From: Clostridia bacterium
GTDB lineage: Bacteria; Bacillota; Clostridia; Lachnospirales; JAOARL01
Length of the DNA stretch: 64,000 nucleotides
Assembly (NCBI GenBank): GCA_025210555.1
Contig: JAOARL010000019.1
Location: 338-64,337 of the forward strand
Direction: 5' to 3'
In this document: one piece after another, positions 59,589-64,000 of the stretch
How positions within the stretch are numbered: the first letter of the stretch is position 1
Layout: each line of letters opens with the position of its first letter
Program-made: the position numbers and the translations under genes
The notes under the pieces: model-generated
Told to the model about the DNA's origin: nothing
Seen by the model: only the letters and a program-made list of their open reading frames with translations
Database searches by the model: none

Positions 59589-60551
59589 ATGATAAGTAAG
59601 ATACTAGGGAAAAAAGATAAGATAATAGATACATTTATTAAATTGAATGGTAAAAGTGAATTAAGCAGATTAAATAGAAAAAGGAATTCGGAATTAGATG
59701 CATATGCAAAAGGTCTAATAACAGGGAATGGAAGAGAAACTTTAAAAGCCGCAAGAAGAACAATCCTTATCGAAGATGCTATAAGATATGAAGAGCATAG
59801 ATGTATAATTAATGAAATTATTAAAGCAGCGTCAGAAGAAGATATTGCTACAAAAGAAATAGTAAGTATGATCGTAAGCAATGAGGAGTTTTTTACAAAA
59901 TTAGATGAAAAATATGAAGCTAGAGTAGTTGATTATGTAAATGCATTCAATGAAACAAGCGGTAAAAAAATTAGTTTGGATAGAGTTCTAACTAGTTTAA
60001 ATAATGTAAAAGTGAATATAATGAATGAAGCAAATGTAACAAGTAGAGATGAAGCTGGAAGAACAGATGTTAGTGGTTTAGGAGATGGAGAGGGAGTAAT
60101 TAAAAATATCTGGGACGAAATAAATGTATTTACAGCTCCTAAAAGCAGAAGAGATAATCAATCAATACTTAATCACGAACTTACACATGTAGCATTTTAT
60201 GATTATGGATACGAAGAGAGCAGCACTACAAAAGGTTTTGTAAGCATAAATAGTATTAGAAATGGTAAACCTGTACAAGTGAATAGAAATGAAGAGGAAT
60301 TAATAGTAGATGATTACACTAGAAAAATTGATGCATTTTTGGGAATAGAACATCATGAGTCTGATAATATGAGTAAATATGTGAGCTCTCAAGTTGGAGG
60401 TATTATAGATAAGATAGAGCCTTGGGATGATTCAAAGACTAATGCAAAAAATGTTAGAAATTTAAAGGAAGCATCAGAAGCAGCAAAAGAGAATTATTGG
60501 AAAAACGTAATGTTTAACATGGATAATGGTAAAAATCCATTTGAATTTTAG
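59589..60551 (+). CDS. hypothetical protein with HExxH metallopeptidase-like motif
   Basis: ILNHELTHVAF. No other recognisable feature. Confidence 0.55.
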   Translation: MISKILGKKDKIIDTFIKLNGKSELSRLNRKRNSELDAYAKGLITGNGRETLKAARRTILIEDAIRYEEHRCIINEIIKAASEEDIATKEIVSMIVSNEEFFTKLDEKYEARVVDYVNAFNETSGKKISLDRVLTSLNNVKVNIMNEANVTSRDEAGRTDVSGLGDGEGVIKNIWDEINVFTAPKSRRDNQSILNHELTHVAFYDYGYEESSTTKGFVSINSIRNGKPVQVNRNEEELIVDDYTRKIDAFLGIEHHESDNMSKYVSSQVGGIIDKIEPWDDSKTNAKNVRNLKEASEAAKENYWKNVMFNMDNGKNPFEF

Positions 60552-60656
60552 ATAGAGATTTTAAACTTAATAACTATAAATATTTTTCAAAAAATTTTAA
60601 TGTACTTAATTAGTGTTAAAGTATATATAATCATATAAGTAGAAAGGAATTTTATT

Positions 60657-61748
60657 ATGGGAGTTAAAATTAACATGATAAAAAAAGTAACTGGGGAAAA
60701 GTTGGATTTGCAAAATAAGTTAGATGCAATTAAAGTAATAATGCTTTCTGTATTACCTTTTGTAAATGGACAAGATATACTAGATTTGGTAAGAGATGGT
60801 GTTTTAGGGAATAGAGAGTTAGGGCTTGTGATTGAATTTAAAAAAGGGTTGAATGAAGATTTCTACACAGAAACTTATTTAGCAGGAGCAATAAATAAAT
60901 TTACATTTTTGCAAGTTATGGAAAGTATGAGTTTTAATGAAGAAAGCTTAACTAAAATTTTTGAGTCTGATATAGATTCAAAAGCTATAGAAGAAAAAGC
61001 TTTTATATGTAAACATGTACCAAAAGAATTTTTTATGGATCAATTTGACAAAGGTAATATAAGTAATATAAATGCATATTTTGATAACTTAGTTTTTGAT
61101 GAAGATACATATCAAAGATATATAGATGATGGTTCTATAAGTGATTATAATTTAGAAAGTGCAATATGTGTATCTAGCAAACTTTCTGAGACTTTTATAA
61201 ACAAGCAAATAGAAGATGGTGTGTTTAAGGACAATCATATTGAGAAAGTATTGTTATTTCAAAAAAAAGTAACAAATGACTTTAGACTTAAACATATAGA
61301 TGTCATTGGTGAAAATTCAATAAGTTACTTTATGAAATTTAATAAAAATGAATTAACAGACGATATTTTGATTAAATTAATAGAGAGAGGTTTGTATGGG
61401 TATAATTTTGAAGCATTACTAACTACTCAAAATATTAATGAAAGAATAATATCAAAAATTATTGAAGTAAAACCAGTATCTGATCTAGTAGATACAAGAA
61501 GTAGAGCTTTCATGAATCCAAATACGACGCCTGAAGCAGTAGAAAAACTTACGAGCTTAACTGGTGAATTAACTTACTCAGAAAAAGAGATTTTAGCAGC
61601 AAGAGAAAAAACGCCTGAGGAAGTCAGTCAGTTTGGTGTTATTGATTATAGTGAAACTATAGGTAATAAAGAAGTTGTAAATAATCAAATAGATGTACAA
61701 ATAGGAAAACAAACAGATAAACAAATAGGGACAGGAGAACTTAAGTAA
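60657..61748 (+). CDS. hypothetical protein
   Basis: A 363-codon ORF with no motif. Confidence 0.6.
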   Translation: MGVKINMIKKVTGEKLDLQNKLDAIKVIMLSVLPFVNGQDILDLVRDGVLGNRELGLVIEFKKGLNEDFYTETYLAGAINKFTFLQVMESMSFNEESLTKIFESDIDSKAIEEKAFICKHVPKEFFMDQFDKGNISNINAYFDNLVFDEDTYQRYIDDGSISDYNLESAICVSSKLSETFINKQIEDGVFKDNHIEKVLLFQKKVTNDFRLKHIDVIGENSISYFMKFNKNELTDDILIKLIERGLYGYNFEALLTTQNINERIISKIIEVKPVSDLVDTRSRAFMNPNTTPEAVEKLTSLTGELTYSEKEILAAREKTPEEVSQFGVIDYSETIGNKEVVNNQIDVQIGKQTDKQIGTGELK

Positions 61749-61783
61749 ATATATAATAATAAATAAAAACAAAGAGGTGTAAA

Positions 61784-62665
61784 ATGATTTTATTAGATGA
61801 GAGCTATTCTTATGAAGAAGTTAAACAATTTGACCATGAAAGAAAAGACAGAACTACTGAAGTAGCCGATGGTATTAAACTTGTTGAAAAAGTAGAATTT
61901 GAAGTTGATGGCGATAAAATAGTTGTACAAACATTTAGAGGGACAAACTATTTTGGCTACAGAGGTTTTAGTTCTGATAGATCAATAGAAGAAAAAAGAA
62001 TTTATAAAAATGATAGATTAATTAAATTAGAACTACAAGGTTCAGATGAAAGTAAAACTAGAAGAAAGCGTAAAGAAGAAAGATACTATATAGAAGATAC
62101 TAAAGATAAAGAGTTAACTAGAGAAGACTATATAGGTAGATTAACTCAAAGAGGATTTGATACAGATGAATCTTACATAAGCTTTGTTAGTTTAGATTCA
62201 AAATATTGTCATGCATATCCAGAATTAACTAAACACAATGCTGTGTTTAATTCATTAACAAGACCTGTTTTAAATAAAGATAATGAGGTCATTGGAGAAA
62301 TAAGTGCATATACTAGTAGACATGGAGTATTAGATAAAAATATGAGTATTGATATGCATGTTATACTAAAAGGAAATATACATGAAGCAACGCTAAATGG
62401 TATTGAAGATAATTATATTGAAGGTATGAGTATGAAAGGAAAGCGAATTTCAGTAAAAAAAGATGCAAAAAGTAAGAGGAATGAACTTTATACACTTGAA
62501 GGTGTAAGTGAAAAAAAGGGGCTTTTAAAAAGTATTGAAAATGAAGTTATGGGTAAAGCAACAGATGAGCCAGTTAGAGTCTTAAATATTTGTGATACAG
62601 AAGGATATAAGTATGATATGCTTCTAGAACAAGTTATAGAAGATAGTTTAGATATGGATATTTAA
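61784..62665 (+). CDS. hypothetical protein
   Basis: A 293-codon ORF with RBS AAGAGGTG. Confidence 0.6.
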   Translation: MILLDESYSYEEVKQFDHERKDRTTEVADGIKLVEKVEFEVDGDKIVVQTFRGTNYFGYRGFSSDRSIEEKRIYKNDRLIKLELQGSDESKTRRKRKEERYYIEDTKDKELTREDYIGRLTQRGFDTDESYISFVSLDSKYCHAYPELTKHNAVFNSLTRPVLNKDNEVIGEISAYTSRHGVLDKNMSIDMHVILKGNIHEATLNGIEDNYIEGMSMKGKRISVKKDAKSKRNELYTLEGVSEKKGLLKSIENEVMGKATDEPVRVLNICDTEGYKYDMLLEQVIEDSLDMDI

Positions 62666-62798
62666 TAAAGAATTAAAATTTTGAATTAACTGCTTGAAAA
62701 TTTCAAAAAAAGAATTATAATTAATATATAAATTATATTAAGGGTTGCTTATCATAGGATGGGTGGCTCTTTTTATTTTATCGAAAAAGGAGGACTAG

Positions 62799-63641
62799 AT
62801 GAAAACAGATTTATTGATAATAGATGGATTAAACTTGTTATTTAGAATGTTTTTTGGAATACCAGCACCAATAAGAAATTCAGATGGTAAAGATATTAGA
62901 GGAATAATAGGATTTACAGGTAGTTTAATTAAAATAATAGAAGAGTTTGAACCATATAAGACAATAGTAATATTTGATACAGAAACTAGTTTAGATGATA
63001 ATGAGAATGATTACTATAAGGCAAATAGGATAAAAGACTGGAATCAAGTAGAAGATGATCAAAATCCATTTACTCAGCTAAATGAAATAATAAAGGTGTT
63101 AGAATTTTTGAAAATAGAATATAGATATGCAGAGCTTTGTGAAGCAGATCAATATATAGCTAACATATGCTATGAAAATACTGTTATTAATAAGGTGATA
63201 GTATCAACAGATAAAGATTATTGGCAACTAATAAATAATAATACATCAGTTTTCTATCCAAGAGGAAAGAAATCTGTTTTATATGATGAAGAAAAGGTAT
63301 ATGAAAAGATAGGGGTTTTACCTATTAATGTTCCAGAATATAAAGCACTAGTAGGTGATTCTAGTGATGGTATACCTGGAATAAAAGGAATAGGACCTAA
63401 AACAGCAGTAGAAATAATAAATGAATTTAAATCAATAGATAATATCAAGAGTGAAATAGGTAAAAGTGAAAATAAAAAAGTATATGATAAATTAAGTAAT
63501 GAATTAGAACAGTTAGAAGAATATTATAAACTAGTAAAATTAGATTACAATGAAAAACTAAATACAAGTATTGAGATAGCTAAGGATGAAAAACTTAAGT
63601 ATAAAACTATGGAGATACTTGAGATTTTAAAAATAAGGTAA
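62799..63641 (+). CDS. 5'-3' exonuclease / flap endonuclease (Pol I N-terminal-domain homolog)
   Basis: LLIIDGLNLLFR, STDKDYWQL and GDSSDGIPGIKGIGPKTA (H3TH). Confidence 0.88.
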   Translation: MKTDLLIIDGLNLLFRMFFGIPAPIRNSDGKDIRGIIGFTGSLIKIIEEFEPYKTIVIFDTETSLDDNENDYYKANRIKDWNQVEDDQNPFTQLNEIIKVLEFLKIEYRYAELCEADQYIANICYENTVINKVIVSTDKDYWQLINNNTSVFYPRGKKSVLYDEEKVYEKIGVLPINVPEYKALVGDSSDGIPGIKGIGPKTAVEIINEFKSIDNIKSEIGKSENKKVYDKLSNELEQLEEYYKLVKLDYNEKLNTSIEIAKDEKLKYKTMEILEILKIR

Positions 63642-63653
63642 AGGGGTAGTTGA

Positions 63654-64000
63654 TGTGAAGAAAATAATAGAGCATTGGATTATAATTTGCTGCTTAGGTT
63701 ATAGCAGCGTATTCTTTTATATGATTGGATTAATGGATAAATATAAGCTGCCAAGAAAAATATTTAAAATAGATTTTAATTCAGTAATATATGTTTTGAA
63801 TAATCTAGGATTATTAATTTTAGGCATGTGTTTTATAATTTTGATGATTATAGAATTAGTTAAAAACTCTGAATTTAAAAAAGAGCTTTTATTTATAACA
63901 GGTTCTTTTACAGGAATATTAATATCAATAAATTTATCAATTAACAATTTTGAATGGGCAAAGGTATATGTAAATGTTTTTGTAGTACTTACATGGATTG
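63654..64000 (+). CDS. hypothetical membrane protein, 3' end outside the window
   Basis: GTG start after AAAGGGGTAG. The frame stays open to the window edge, and the translation is hydrophobic (IIICCLGYSSVFFYMIGL..., LGLLILGMCFIILMII). It is absent from the ORF track only because it has no stop in the window. Confidence 0.5.

Overview
AT-rich, low-GC Firmicutes (Clostridia-like) chromosomal DNA, with almost every gene on the + strand. The conserved backbone is eno (1597-2913), secG-rnr (16433-19026) and smpB-ssrA (32515-33322). It is interrupted by accessory blocks: five tandem paralogs of an unknown acidic protein family (3048-9671), an OmpR/HK two-component pair, six tandem translationally overlapped Cof-type HAD hydrolases (21348-25962), a MATE exporter and six small unknown ORFs. 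The main finding starts at the 3' end of the tmRNA gene. About 26 kb (33320 to ~59400) looks like a tandem accretion of att-bounded cassettes. An exact 22-nt copy of the ssrA 3' end recurs at 47792-47813, and a shorter CATCTCCAT core recurs at 36584, 50895 and 54054. There is only one tyrosine integrase (40236-41315, the only minus-strand gene in the array). Seven copies of a conserved hairpin+U-tract leader (TTATTAAGGGC...GCCCTTTTTT, stems differ but still pair) sit directly upstream of cargo genes. Cargo is defence-like: a transmembrane KAP NTPase (Tmn-like), a PHP-ATPase (Ppl-like), a second KAP NTPase, HEPN-like proteins and a Lamassu-like Cap4-nuclease/SMC-ATPase pair. Two cassettes match nothing I recognise: a proteasome-beta-like (Thr1/Asp17/Lys) protein with a 54-aa Lys-rich peptide, and a six-gene operon (Nudix, PfkB kinase, nucleoside 2-deoxyribosyltransferase-like, ASCH, GNAT, PaaK-like adenylating ligase) suggesting synthesis or turnover of an N-acylated nucleoside/nucleotide. 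All calls rest on motif reading by eye; no database search was possible.
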